From Acidobacteriota bacterium (lineage in GTDB: Bacteria > Acidobacteriota > UBA890 > WLXD01): a stretch of DNA of 64,000 nt. Both the position numbers and the translations under genes were made by a program. Within the stretch, counting starts at the first letter, position 1, and each line of letters begins with the position of its first letter. The notes beneath the pieces are model-generated. The model had not been told where the DNA came from. It did not search any database and worked only from the letters and a program-made list of their open reading frames with translations. The stretch spans positions 1,599 through 65,598 of the forward strand of contig JAJCXS010000299.1 of NCBI GenBank assembly GCA_029263335.1. Reading direction: 5' to 3'. Positions 9,873-19,157 of the stretch are shown here, piece after piece.

Positions 9873-9901
9873 TTGTGGGGGTATCGAGGCAGGTCTAATC
9901 T
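9873..9901 (+). promoter_or_regulatory. Putative sigma70 promoter for thiolase, leaderless geometry
   Basis: TTGTGG-N17-TAATCT-N6-ATG(9908); no SD. Confidence 0.45.
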
Positions 9902-9907
9902 GTGCTC

Positions 9908-11092
9908 ATGCGTGAAGCCGTAATCGTATCTGCAGTCCGCACTCCGAGTGGCAAGCTCATGGGTGCTTTGAGTTCGTTCACCGCGCCTCAGTTGGGCGCT
10001 CTCGTCGTTCGTGAGGCCGTTCAGCGAGCTTCGCTCGCTCCAGAGGAGATCGACGAGGTCATTATGGGCCAGGTGATTCAGGCCGGCACCGGTCAGAATC
10101 CCGCTCGCCAAGCAGCGCTCGGGGCCGGCTTGCCGCCTTCGGTCGCCGCGCTCACCCTCAACAAGGTATGCGGATCGTCACTCAAGGCGGTTGTACTCGC
10201 GGCGCAGGCGATCAAGCTCGGTGACGCAGATCGTGTCGTCGCGGGCGGCCAGGAGAGCATGAGCAACGGCCCCTATTTGCTCCCCAAGGCGCGTGCCGGC
10301 TATCGGCTGGGCCACGGCAAGATGCTCGACGCCACGGTGCATGACGGACTCTGGGACGCTTACAACGACTACCACATGGGATGTACGGGCGAGGTGGTCG
10401 CCGAGCGTTTTGCTGTCAGCCGCGAGGAACAGGATGCGTGGAGCCTGCGGTCGCATGAGCGAGCTGCCGCCTGTGCTGCCGCCGGTGAGTTCGACGCGGA
10501 ACTGCTGCCGGTATCGGTCCCTCAGCGGCGAGGAGATCCGATTCTGGTGAGTCGCGACGAGTCGATCCGCAGCGACACCACCCTGCAGGCGCTGAGCAAG
10601 CTCCGCCCGGTCTTCGACGCGACCGGATCCGTGACCGCCGGTAACGCTCCGGGCGTTAACGATGGCGCTTCGGCAGTCTGCGTGATGTCCGATGAGGAGG
10701 CACGGTCACGGGAGATCGAACCTCTGGGCCGCGTCGTCGCCTACGCCACCAGCGGCCTCGAACCCGAGTTGGTGATGATGGCGCCGGTGCAGGCTGTCGA
10801 GATGGTTCTGCAAAAGACCGGATGGGACCGTGACGAGGTCGACCTGTTCGAGTTGAACGAGGCCTTTGCGGTGCAGTCGGTAGCGGTTGTCCGCGAGCTG
10901 CGCATCGACACCGAGCGTGTCAACGTGCGCGGCGGGGCGGTTGCCCTTGGGCATCCCATCGGCGCCTCGGGAACGCGCATCCTCACAACGCTGCTGCATG
11001 CCCTCCGCGACCGTGGTGCGGCTCGCGGTATTGCGGCCATGTGCCTTGGCGGCGGCAATGCGGTTGCCATGGCGGTGGAGCGTTCTAGCTAG
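9908..11092 (+). CDS. atoB: Acetyl-CoA C-acetyltransferase (thiolase)
   Basis: NKVCGS, NEAFA, GHPIGASG, CLGGG motifs. Confidence 0.93.
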   Translation: MREAVIVSAVRTPSGKLMGALSSFTAPQLGALVVREAVQRASLAPEEIDEVIMGQVIQAGTGQNPARQAALGAGLPPSVAALTLNKVCGSSLKAVVLAAQAIKLGDADRVVAGGQESMSNGPYLLPKARAGYRLGHGKMLDATVHDGLWDAYNDYHMGCTGEVVAERFAVSREEQDAWSLRSHERAAACAAAGEFDAELLPVSVPQRRGDPILVSRDESIRSDTTLQALSKLRPVFDATGSVTAGNAPGVNDGASAVCVMSDEEARSREIEPLGRVVAYATSGLEPELVMMAPVQAVEMVLQKTGWDRDEVDLFELNEAFAVQSVAVVRELRIDTERVNVRGGAVALGHPIGASGTRILTTLLHALRDRGAARGIAAMCLGGGNAVAMAVERSS

Positions 11093-11140
11093 AAGCTCGC
11101 GATAGCACTGGGACTCTCCTGCAAACCGAGAGGAAGGCGT

Positions 11141-11989
11141 ATGGAGATCAAGAAGATCGGAGTGGTGGGCGCTGGCACGATGGGCGGCGGGATCGCGCAG
11201 GTGTGTGTTGGCGGCGGATTCGAAGTCGTGGTGCGGGAGGTTGCCGACGAGTTTCTCGACAAGGGCATGGCGAGGATTCGCAAGGGTATCGACAAGTGGG
11301 TGGAGAAGGGCATTGTCGAGGCTCCGGCCGCCGAGAAGATGTTGGCGGCACTACGCGGCAGCACCGACCTGGCGGATCTCTACGATTGTGACCTTGTGAT
11401 CGAGGCGATCATCGAGGACCTCGACGCCAAGACCCAGGTGTTCCAGCAACTCGACGCCGGATGCGGCGACGATGCGATCCTCGCTTCCAATACATCGTCG
11501 ATCTCGATTACGCGTCTGGCGGCGGCCACCGAGCGGCCGACGCGAGTGGTCGGCATGCACTTCTTCAATCCAGTGCCGTTGATGAAGCTCGTCGAGATCG
11601 TTCGCGGCGAGATGACATCGGACGACGTGCACGACGTGATCGAGGAACTCGCACGAGGCCTGCAGAAGACGCCGGTGACGGTCGCCGATGTGCCAGGTTT
11701 TGTTTCCAATCGGGTGCTCATGCCGATGATCAACGAAGCCGTCTTCTGTCTGCAGGAGGGAGTTGCGACCGCCGAGGACATCGATACCGTCATGAAGCTC
11801 GGGATGGCGCATCCGATGGGGCCGTTGCGCTTGGCCGACCTGATCGGTTTGGATGTATGTCTGGCGATCATGGAGGTTCTACATCGGGGGTACGGTGATT
11901 CGAAATACCGACCGTGTCCGCTCCTGCGGCGCAAGGTGGACGCCGGCCACGTGGGCCGCAAAGCCGGACGAGGCTTCTACACCTACTGA
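11141..11989 (+). CDS. hbd: 3-hydroxybutyryl-CoA dehydrogenase
   Basis: GAGTMGGGIA, SNTSS, GMHFFNPVP, HPMGP. Confidence 0.93.
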   Translation: MEIKKIGVVGAGTMGGGIAQVCVGGGFEVVVREVADEFLDKGMARIRKGIDKWVEKGIVEAPAAEKMLAALRGSTDLADLYDCDLVIEAIIEDLDAKTQVFQQLDAGCGDDAILASNTSSISITRLAAATERPTRVVGMHFFNPVPLMKLVEIVRGEMTSDDVHDVIEELARGLQKTPVTVADVPGFVSNRVLMPMINEAVFCLQEGVATAEDIDTVMKLGMAHPMGPLRLADLIGLDVCLAIMEVLHRGYGDSKYRPCPLLRRKVDAGHVGRKAGRGFYTY

Positions 11990-12011
11990 GCGGCGAGGCG
12001 TCGCGAGCCGG

Positions 12012-13154
12012 CTGTCGGGTGCCCTCGGCCTGGCGGCGTTGCTAGTTTGTGCACTGGCGTTTGTCGTCGGCGTGGGCGGCGCAGTGGGCGCGACGGGCGC
12101 CCCCGTCCAGCAGAGTGCCGCGGACGATCGTGCACCGGACCTGCGCGCGGAGCTCGACCGCCTTGCCAGCGAGCGGGCTACGGTGGTGCGCGACTTCGAA
12201 GCCGCCGACGTGGAACTGGCACTGCGCCGACAGCAGTTGTCGGTGCTGCAGCGTCGCGGCGCGACGCTGGTGTCCGAGAATGAAGCTCATGCCGCCGAGA
12301 TAGAACAGCTCGATGCGACGTTGGCCAGCGGGCGGGAGCAGTTGTACAGGCGGGTGCAGGCGCTCTATCGGGTTGGTCCGCTCTCGTACAATCGCCTGCT
12401 CCTGACGGCGGACAGCAGCCAGGAAGCGTTGATCGCATACCAGATCGTGACCTACCTGGCGGCGCGCGATCGCGATCTGGTGAGTGCGGTGCGGGTGACG
12501 CTTAGCGATCTGCAGCAAGCGCGGGAGTCGCTGTCCGATGCGGCTCGACGTCTTGCCGCCGTAGAGTCCGATACGCAGGCCGCGACCATTGCTCTCGCGA
12601 GCCAGCAGGAAGAACGACAGAGCCTGCTATCGCGAATCGACCGAGAGGCCGAGGCTCAACGGATCGCGCTGGCGAGCGCGGAACGCGCCGAGCGCGAGCT
12701 GGCCGGGACGATGACCGAGTTGGCCGAGAGCGGCGCCCCGGGTCCCGGGTTCCGGGAGGCGCGCGGATCCCTTCCGTGGCCCGCGCACGGAGAGGTCGTC
12801 GGCGATTTCGGGCGCCGCCGACACCCGATTTACGATACCTACACCGTGTCGCGCGGCATCGAGGTCGGTGCTCCGGCGGACGATCCGGTCACCGCCGTGC
12901 ATGCCGGCAAGGTAGTGTTCGCGGACTGGTACAGCGGTTACGGGCTGCTGGTGATCGTCGACCACGGCAGCAACTACTTCAGCCTCTACGGGCACCTGTC
13001 GCAGGTGACCGTGCACGTGAACAATCGTGTCGACGTCGGGCAGCTGATCGGCAAGGTAGGGGAGACCGGCTCCTTGACGGGCGCCAACCTCTACTTCGAG
13101 GTTCGCGAAGGCGCCGACGCTCTCAACCCGATCGCCTGGCTCGAGTCTCGCTAG
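12012..13154 (+). CDS. Coiled-coil + M23 (EnvC-like) murein hydrolase activator; start uncertain
   Basis: N-terminal hydrophobic signal, long coiled coil, LPWPAHG..GIEVGA..YGLLVIVDHG..SLYGHL..LYFEVR degenerate LytM domain. No in-frame ATG after hbd; CTG 12012 or TTG 12039 are possible starts. Confidence 0.85.
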   Translation: MSGALGLAALLVCALAFVVGVGGAVGATGAPVQQSAADDRAPDLRAELDRLASERATVVRDFEAADVELALRRQQLSVLQRRGATLVSENEAHAAEIEQLDATLASGREQLYRRVQALYRVGPLSYNRLLLTADSSQEALIAYQIVTYLAARDRDLVSAVRVTLSDLQQARESLSDAARRLAAVESDTQAATIALASQQEERQSLLSRIDREAEAQRIALASAERAERELAGTMTELAESGAPGPGFREARGSLPWPAHGEVVGDFGRRRHPIYDTYTVSRGIEVGAPADDPVTAVHAGKVVFADWYSGYGLLVIVDHGSNYFSLYGHLSQVTVHVNNRVDVGQLIGKVGETGSLTGANLYFEVREGADALNPIAWLESR

Positions 13155-13171
13155 GTCGGCGAGACGCCCTG

Positions 13172-14752
13172 CTACGAGGCAGCCTCGTTGAGGAGCTCTT
13201 TGAGGTTCTTCGACCGCAGAGGATGGCGCAGCTTGCGCAGTGCCTTGCCCTCGATCTGGCGAATGCGCTCTCGGGTGACGCTGAAATACAGGCCGACCTC
13301 TTCGAGCGTGAACTCGCGCTCCTCGCCGATTCCGAAACGCATGCGGAGGACCTTTTCCTCACGCGGCGTCAGGGTGGACAACACCTTGCGTGTTTGGTCC
13401 GAGAGGTTCTTCGAGAGGACGATGTCCAGGGGCGACACGACCTGATCATTCTCGATGAAGTCCGCCAGCGACGAGTCGCCGTCGCCGTCACCGATGGGCG
13501 TCTCGAGCGACAGAGTCTTCTTGGCGGCGCGAAGCACCTCCTTGACCTTGTCGACAGGCATGTCCATCTCGTCGCCAATTTCGCGAGGAGTTGGCTTGCG
13601 GCCGAGCAACTTGAAGAGCCGACGCGATGTCTGTGACACCTTGCGGATCGTCTCGATCATGTGCACCGGGACACGAATCGTCTTGCCCTTGTCGGCAATC
13701 GCGCGTGTGATGGCCTGGCGGATCCACCACGTGGCATAGGTCGAGAACTTGTAGCCCTTCTTGTAGTCGAACTTCTCGACCGCCTTCATCAACCCGATGT
13801 TCCCTTCCTGAATAAGGTCGGAGAACGGCAGGCCGTAGTTGACGTACTTCTTGGCGATGGAAACGACCAGGCGGAGGTTGGCCTGCGTGAGCTCGCTCTT
13901 GGCCCATTCCACCTGCTGATCGGCATCCTCGATGGACCGAAGGTAGCGACGCAGTTCATCACGGCCGAGCAGGTGGGTGTCCTCCAACTCGCGCACGCGT
14001 TCACTGTCCTTGGCGTGGGCTGCCACGGCAAGCTGCGCCATCAGGCGGCGCATGCGAACGATGCTCTCGTCGAGGAATGCCTCCGAGGGCGTCAATTCCT
14101 CGACCTTGGCGACGATCTTGGACTGTGTCTGGATCAGGTCCAGTCGAGCCCGAAATTCTGTTTCCTGCCGTAAATTGCGCTTCAGCTTGCCGCGGATCTG
14201 GCGCACGTACTTCAACTGGTTCTTGACCGAACGGACGACGCGTCGAATCTCCTTGACGCCTTCCTTTTCGGCGACTTCGCCGAAACCGGCAGCGAGCATG
14301 CTTACCGGCTCGGTCCCGTCGTAGATGGCAGGTACCAGCTCAAGCAGATAGTCCGTCGAGATCGGACAGTTGAGCACGGCCTTGACGCGATTCTCCAGGC
14401 CTTCCTCGATGGCGCGCGCCAGCCGAATCTCACCCTCGCGGTCGAGCAGGGCTTTCTCGCCCATCTCGCGGAAGTAGATCTTGATGGGGTCGTCCAGGTC
14501 ACCCGCGCCTGGCTCGTACCGCTTCGAGCTGGAGGCCTTCTCGTCTTCTTCGAAGTCCTCGCCGGCTTGCTCGGGATCCTCCGCGACGACATTGATCTCC
14601 ATGCCCTCGAACATCGATGCCAGATGCCGACGGTTGATCTCGGGGTCAGCGCCCTGGGGCAGGAGTTCGTCGATCTCGGCGTGCGTAAGGAAGCCGCGCT
14701 TCTTACCCCGCGCGATCAGAGCCTGGATGTCCTCGACCTTCTCGTTTGCCAT
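13172..14752 (-). CDS. RpoD-like sigma-70 factor (divergent, regions 1.1-4)
   Basis: [66 protein letters not shown]. Confidence 0.92.
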   Translation of the reverse strand: MANEKVEDIQALIARGKKRGFLTHAEIDELLPQGADPEINRRHLASMFEGMEINVVAEDPEQAGEDFEEDEKASSSKRYEPGAGDLDDPIKIYFREMGEKALLDREGEIRLARAIEEGLENRVKAVLNCPISTDYLLELVPAIYDGTEPVSMLAAGFGEVAEKEGVKEIRRVVRSVKNQLKYVRQIRGKLKRNLRQETEFRARLDLIQTQSKIVAKVEELTPSEAFLDESIVRMRRLMAQLAVAAHAKDSERVRELEDTHLLGRDELRRYLRSIEDADQQVEWAKSELTQANLRLVVSIAKKYVNYGLPFSDLIQEGNIGLMKAVEKFDYKKGYKFSTYATWWIRQAITRAIADKGKTIRVPVHMIETIRKVSQTSRRLFKLLGRKPTPREIGDEMDMPVDKVKEVLRAAKKTLSLETPIGDGDGDSSLADFIENDQVVSPLDIVLSKNLSDQTRKVLSTLTPREEKVLRMRFGIGEEREFTLEEVGLYFSVTRERIRQIEGKALRKLRHPLRSKNLKELLNEAAS

Positions 14753-14928
14753 GCGGTTACGACTTACCTAGAATCCGGAGTTCGTGGACAGGGGGGCGAC
14801 CCGCACCAGGCCAGCACGCGTTCGCGCTGAAGGCAGAGGCCCCCCACTGGGTGTCTGTCAAGTGTGCCGGACGAGAGGGACGTGTGCAAGTCGGTTCTAG
14901 CCCGCCACAGAGCGCTCGTTCGCGGAAA

Positions 14929-16023
14929 ATGGAGGCGCACCTACGCGCGGCGATCGAGTCTCAGGGGCCGATCACGTTCGCGCGCTTCATGGAGCAGGCG
15001 CTCTACCATCCCGAACTCGGTTACTACGGCGCAGGCCCCCTTCCCTGGGGCATCGATGCCGACTATGTGACCGCGCCGCAGGTCCATCCAGCGTTGGGTC
15101 GGAGCATCGCGACGCTCGCCATGGAGCTCGACGAGGCACTCGCCCGCCCCGACCCATTCGCTCTACTCGAGGTCGGCAGTGGCAACGGACAACTCGCCCG
15201 CGCGGTGTTGGCGACCATCGAGCAGCGATCTCCCGACCTCTGGCAGCGGCTGAGCTTCACCAGCGTCGAGCGCGGCGCAGCCGCTCGCGCGGCGCAGCGA
15301 GATCTGCTCTCACCCGGTCGTGGCAAGAGCGTGCAGGCCGAACTGCCGTTGTCGTGCGAGCCGTTGCGCGGCCTGGTGTATGCCAACGAGCTGTTCGACG
15401 CATTTCCGGTGCATCGCGTTCAGCAGACCAGCGGGGGACTGCTCGAGGCGCACGTGGATGTGGGGGACGGTGAACTCGTGGAGCGCTACCTGGGGCCTTC
15501 GACCCCTGCGCTGGTCCAGTACATCGAGGACAACTCGATCGACCTTGCCGACGGACAGGTGGCCGAGATCTGCCTGAACGTGCAACCGTGGCTGGCGCAG
15601 GTGGATGGGCTGCTTGCGGCCGGCGGTGTTCTTGCCGTGGACTATGGCCACCCGACAGCGGTGCTGTACGGTCCCTCGCGATGGTCGGGCACGCTGGTCG
15701 CCCAGCGGCGTTTTGCACTCTTCGATGACCCGCTGATCCATCCGGGCGATCGCGACCTGACAGCTCATGTCGATTTCGGGAACCTACAGCGCGCGGCTGA
15801 GCGGTTGGGCATGCAGTGGGCAGCGCGATGCAGCCTGCGCGTGTTTCTGATCGGCATGGGTGCGACAGCGAACCAGGAACAGGAGTCGATCGAGGCGCGC
15901 TTGGCGCTGCGCCACCTGCTGGTATCCGAGATCGCCGACGCGCACAAGGTAGCGTTCATGTACAAGGCGCTGGGTGGCGACGTGCCGGTCTTCGGCCGAC
16001 AACGATTGGACGCTCCCGCCTGA
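14929..16023 (+). CDS. SAM-dependent methyltransferase MidA/NDUFAF7 family
   Basis: GPITFARFMEQALYHPELGYY, DYVTAP, EVGSGNG, NELFDAFP, DLTAHVDF. Confidence 0.9.
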   Translation: MEAHLRAAIESQGPITFARFMEQALYHPELGYYGAGPLPWGIDADYVTAPQVHPALGRSIATLAMELDEALARPDPFALLEVGSGNGQLARAVLATIEQRSPDLWQRLSFTSVERGAAARAAQRDLLSPGRGKSVQAELPLSCEPLRGLVYANELFDAFPVHRVQQTSGGLLEAHVDVGDGELVERYLGPSTPALVQYIEDNSIDLADGQVAEICLNVQPWLAQVDGLLAAGGVLAVDYGHPTAVLYGPSRWSGTLVAQRRFALFDDPLIHPGDRDLTAHVDFGNLQRAAERLGMQWAARCSLRVFLIGMGATANQEQESIEARLALRHLLVSEIADAHKVAFMYKALGGDVPVFGRQRLDAPA

Positions 16024-16107
16024 CCCCCGCACCGGCAGTGGCTTGCCAGCGGCAAACACATGCTACCGTCGCTCATTCGTCGACCGGCCGATACCGAGGA
16101 AAGCTCC

Positions 16108-17856
16108 ATGAACAAAGTACAGTTTGTCGCGCTGCTGCTCGCCGGGGCAGTGTTCGCGGGCCCGTTCGCCAGCGCTTCTCCGAGCCCGTCTGGCGCGGCG
16201 ACGGGCGCCCGGCAGGGCGAAGAGGAAGTGCAGTTCGGTAGGCTGGCGATGGGCACTCATGGTGCGGTCGTCAGCGTCGACGGGCACGCGACACGGGTCG
16301 GGCTGGACATCCTGCGCAATGGCGGCAACGCAATCGATGCCGCGATCGCGGTGGGTTTGGCCCTGGCGGTTACCCACCCTCAGGCCGGCAACCTTGGCGG
16401 CGGCGGGTTCATGGTGATCTACCTGGCCGACGAGGATCGCTACACGACCTTGGATTTCCGCGAGATGGCTCCGGCCGCCGCCCACGCCCGGATGTATCTG
16501 GGCGAAGACGGTCGCCCGGTGCGCGGCTTGAACTACGTTGGCTGGAAGGCCGTGGGGGTGCCCGGGACGGTGGCGGGCTTCGAGGCTGCCCATCGGTGGG
16601 GTCGCCTCGACTGGGGCGAACTCGTGCAGCCGGCCATAGACCTGGCCGCGGGGGGCTTCTGGGTGGATCCGTACCTGGCGGGTTCCTTCGCCCGCGTGGC
16701 GCCGACCTTTCGACGCTACCCGGGCAGTGCGCGAGCGTTCCTGCATGCCGACGGAAGCGCCTACTCGGCGGGCGAGAGGTTGCTGCAGCCGGATCTCGGA
16801 TGGTCGCTACAGCAGATTGCCGAGGGCGGCGCGGACGCTTTTTATCGCGGCCCGATCGCCGAAAGGCTGGTCGCTGCGATGGAGGCCAATGGCGGTCTCG
16901 TCACAGCAGCCGATCTGGCCAGCTACCGACCGGTGGAACGGGAGCCCGTGCGCGGCACGTATCGAGGCTGGGACATCGTATCGATGGGGCCCCCTTCCTC
17001 CGGCGGAACGACGTTGATCGGCATGCTCAACATCCTCGAGAACTTCGAGTTGGCCGGGCTCGATCCGAGCGGCGCGCCGCTGGCGCACACGCTCGTGGAG
17101 TCGATGCGGCAGGCGTATCTGGACCGCGCCACTCACCTCGGTGATGGCGACTTCCATGACGTGCCGCTGGAGTGGCTGAGTTCCAAAGCACGCGCGGCGG
17201 AGCTGGCGGCGACGATACCGGCCGATCGAGCGCGAAGCAGCGCGGATCTGGGAGCCGCCATCCTGACGCGGCTAGAATCACCCGAGACCACGCACTACTC
17301 GGTCGTCGACGCCGAGGGCAATGCCGTGTCGATTACCTACACGATCGAGGCGGGATTTGGTGCCAAGATCGTGGCCCCCGGTACGGGCTTCCTCCTCAAC
17401 AACGAGATGGGGGATTTCAATGCCTGGCCGGGTGTGACGGACACACGCGGTTATGTCGGCACGGAGGCGAATCGGATCGCTCCCGGCAAGCGCCCGCTTT
17501 CGTCGATGACGCCGACGATACTGGCGCGTGACGGCAAGCCGGTGGCGCTGCTCGGCTCGCCCGGCGGCAAGACCATCATCAACACCGTGCTGCGGCTGAT
17601 CGTGAACCTGGTCGACTTCGAGATGGATCTGGCGAGCGCGATCGACGAGCCGCGCGTGCACCATCAATGGATGCCCGATCTGTTGCGTCTGGAACCAGGC
17701 TTTCCGGCGGCGAGCGCCAAGACCCTGCAGGGGATGGGACACGAGTTGGGCCCTGGACGAACACAGGGCGACGCCCATTGCATCTGGATCTACCCGGGGG
17801 GAGCGCGTCTCGCGGTGGCCGATCGGCGCCGGTCAGGGGCGGCGGCAGCCTACTAG
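16108..17856 (+). CDS. ggt: Gamma-glutamyltransferase
   Basis: GGNAIDAA, GGGGFM, DFRE, nucleophile ETTHYSVVD, LNNEMGDF, PGKRPLSSMTP; signal peptide; GAGGA RBS. Confidence 0.95.
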   Translation: MNKVQFVALLLAGAVFAGPFASASPSPSGAATGARQGEEEVQFGRLAMGTHGAVVSVDGHATRVGLDILRNGGNAIDAAIAVGLALAVTHPQAGNLGGGGFMVIYLADEDRYTTLDFREMAPAAAHARMYLGEDGRPVRGLNYVGWKAVGVPGTVAGFEAAHRWGRLDWGELVQPAIDLAAGGFWVDPYLAGSFARVAPTFRRYPGSARAFLHADGSAYSAGERLLQPDLGWSLQQIAEGGADAFYRGPIAERLVAAMEANGGLVTAADLASYRPVEREPVRGTYRGWDIVSMGPPSSGGTTLIGMLNILENFELAGLDPSGAPLAHTLVESMRQAYLDRATHLGDGDFHDVPLEWLSSKARAAELAATIPADRARSSADLGAAILTRLESPETTHYSVVDAEGNAVSITYTIEAGFGAKIVAPGTGFLLNNEMGDFNAWPGVTDTRGYVGTEANRIAPGKRPLSSMTPTILARDGKPVALLGSPGGKTIINTVLRLIVNLVDFEMDLASAIDEPRVHHQWMPDLLRLEPGFPAASAKTLQGMGHELGPGRTQGDAHCIWIYPGGARLAVADRRRSGAAAAY

Positions 17857-17869
17857 CGGTTGCCTGCGC

Positions 17870-18889
17870 CTAGCCGGCTGCGTAGCGGCCCGCGATGATC
17901 GGAATGAGGTACTCGCCGAAGGCGGCGTCGAGGTCGTAGCGAGGAGCCAGACCCCAGTCCTCACGCGCCGCGGTGTCATTCACCCGTTGCGGCCATGAGT
18001 CGACGATGCGTTGGCGCTTCTCGTCGATGGTGTAGCCGATGTTCGCCTTAGGAAACGCCTGCAACACCAGCGAACGGATTTCGTCGGCGGTCGGATCGAA
18101 GGCAGTGAGGTTGTAGACGGATTGGGTGAGCTGCTCTCGTGGCGCCGCCGAGAGAGCCAGGATCGCGTCCACCGCATCTGGCATCGCCATGAACGGGATC
18201 CGCGTGTCGGGCCGCACAAAGCACTCGTAGGCCTGTCCCTGGGCGGCGGCGTGAATCATGTCGGGGGCGTAGTCGCTGGTACCTCCCGAAGGAACGGTGT
18301 GGGCGCTGATCAGCCCGGGGAAACGCAACGACCGGAAGTCGACGTGCCCGGCCTGGGGCTGGGCGTCGAGCTGTTTGTAGTGGTGGGCGTAGTAGCGGCC
18401 GAGATGTTCGCAGTACAACTTGTTGCACCCGTACATGGTGGTCGGCAGCGTGTGCTCGATTTCGGTCCAGCCGGTTGGCGGCGCCTCGATGCCGGCGGGA
18501 ATGCCATAGGCCGCGATGGAACTCGGGTAGAAGAAGGTCACGGGCGCGCCATGGCTGCGCGTCTGGGCGGCGGCGAACTCGAGCAGGTTGAGGGTGCCGC
18601 GGACGTTGACCTCGTGGGCGGCCACCGGCGTGAATTCGCTGCGGGTGGAGAGCAGCGCCGCGAGGTGGAAAATACGGTCGACCGCATACTCGGCCTGGAT
18701 CGATTCGAGCAGAGCATGGTCAAGAATCGAGCCGGCGAACGCTCTCGTCACCTTGGCGTCGAACTCGGGCTCGAGCGGTCTGAGGTCGACGGTGATGATG
18801 GCCTGACCACCGTCGGCCACGAGGTGGTCGATCAGTGCGTGGCCGATCTCGCCAGCGGCACCGGTAATGAGAACAACGGGCTTGCGCAT
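17870..18889 (-). CDS. Extended SDR, L-threonine 3-dehydrogenase-like epimerase/dehydratase
   Basis: TGAAGEIG, IFHLAALLS, PSSIAAYG, YGCNK, DFRSLRFPG, GGTSDYA, SWP. Confidence 0.85.
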   Translation of the reverse strand: MRKPVVLITGAAGEIGHALIDHLVADGGQAIITVDLRPLEPEFDAKVTRAFAGSILDHALLESIQAEYAVDRIFHLAALLSTRSEFTPVAAHEVNVRGTLNLLEFAAAQTRSHGAPVTFFYPSSIAAYGIPAGIEAPPTGWTEIEHTLPTTMYGCNKLYCEHLGRYYAHHYKQLDAQPQAGHVDFRSLRFPGLISAHTVPSGGTSDYAPDMIHAAAQGQAYECFVRPDTRIPFMAMPDAVDAILALSAAPREQLTQSVYNLTAFDPTADEIRSLVLQAFPKANIGYTIDEKRQRIVDSWPQRVNDTAAREDWGLAPRYDLDAAFGEYLIPIIAGRYAAG

Positions 18890-18895
18890 GGAGCG

Positions 18896-18924
18896 ACAAT
18901 GCGAGTCCGGGTGGGCGCTGTCAA
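18896..18924 (-). promoter_or_regulatory. Putative sigma70 promoter, leaderless geometry
   Basis: Minus strand TTGACA-N17-CATTGT-N6-ATG(18889). Confidence 0.45.
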
Positions 18925-18949
18925 GGCGATCTGGTTGCTGACGATTCCG

Positions 18950-19120
18950 GGAAATTTGACGGGCCGGTCGGCGCAGCCCTCGACCGACGGCGGGAGGCAG
19001 CCCCCGGCCCCGACCGGCCCGTCGATTTCCACCGCAGACCGCCACGCGGTCCGCCAAGAAAACGGCAACGCGGTGAGCAAGGCCGCCGCCCACCCCAGTG
19101 CGGCCCGCTCACCGCGTTGC
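18950..19120. repeat. Three consecutive inverted repeats downstream of nrdJ
   Basis: 18950-18970 pairs with 19011-19030; GACCGC/GCGGTC at 19037-19051; perfect 14-bp GCAACGCGGTGAGC (19065-19078) / GCTCACCGCGTTGC (19107-19120). Confidence 0.8.
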
Positions 19121-19157
19121 ACTACGTCTCTACCAGGTTCTTGTTAGGCGATTCCGG

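Noticed and set aside
9860-10111. N-terminal extension of the selB ORF in the ORF track
   Set aside because: It is antisense to the thiolase 5' end; SelB homology starts near 9859.
12780-13154. Missing zinc ligands in the M23 domain as a novel pseudo-enzyme
   Set aside because: Degenerate LytM domains are the established feature of EnvC-type activators.
14786-14856. Possible structured RNA upstream of the sigma gene (GGGGGGC/GCCCCCC stem with inner hairpin)
   Set aside because: Stems this short are expected by chance at this GC content, and I recognise no family motif.
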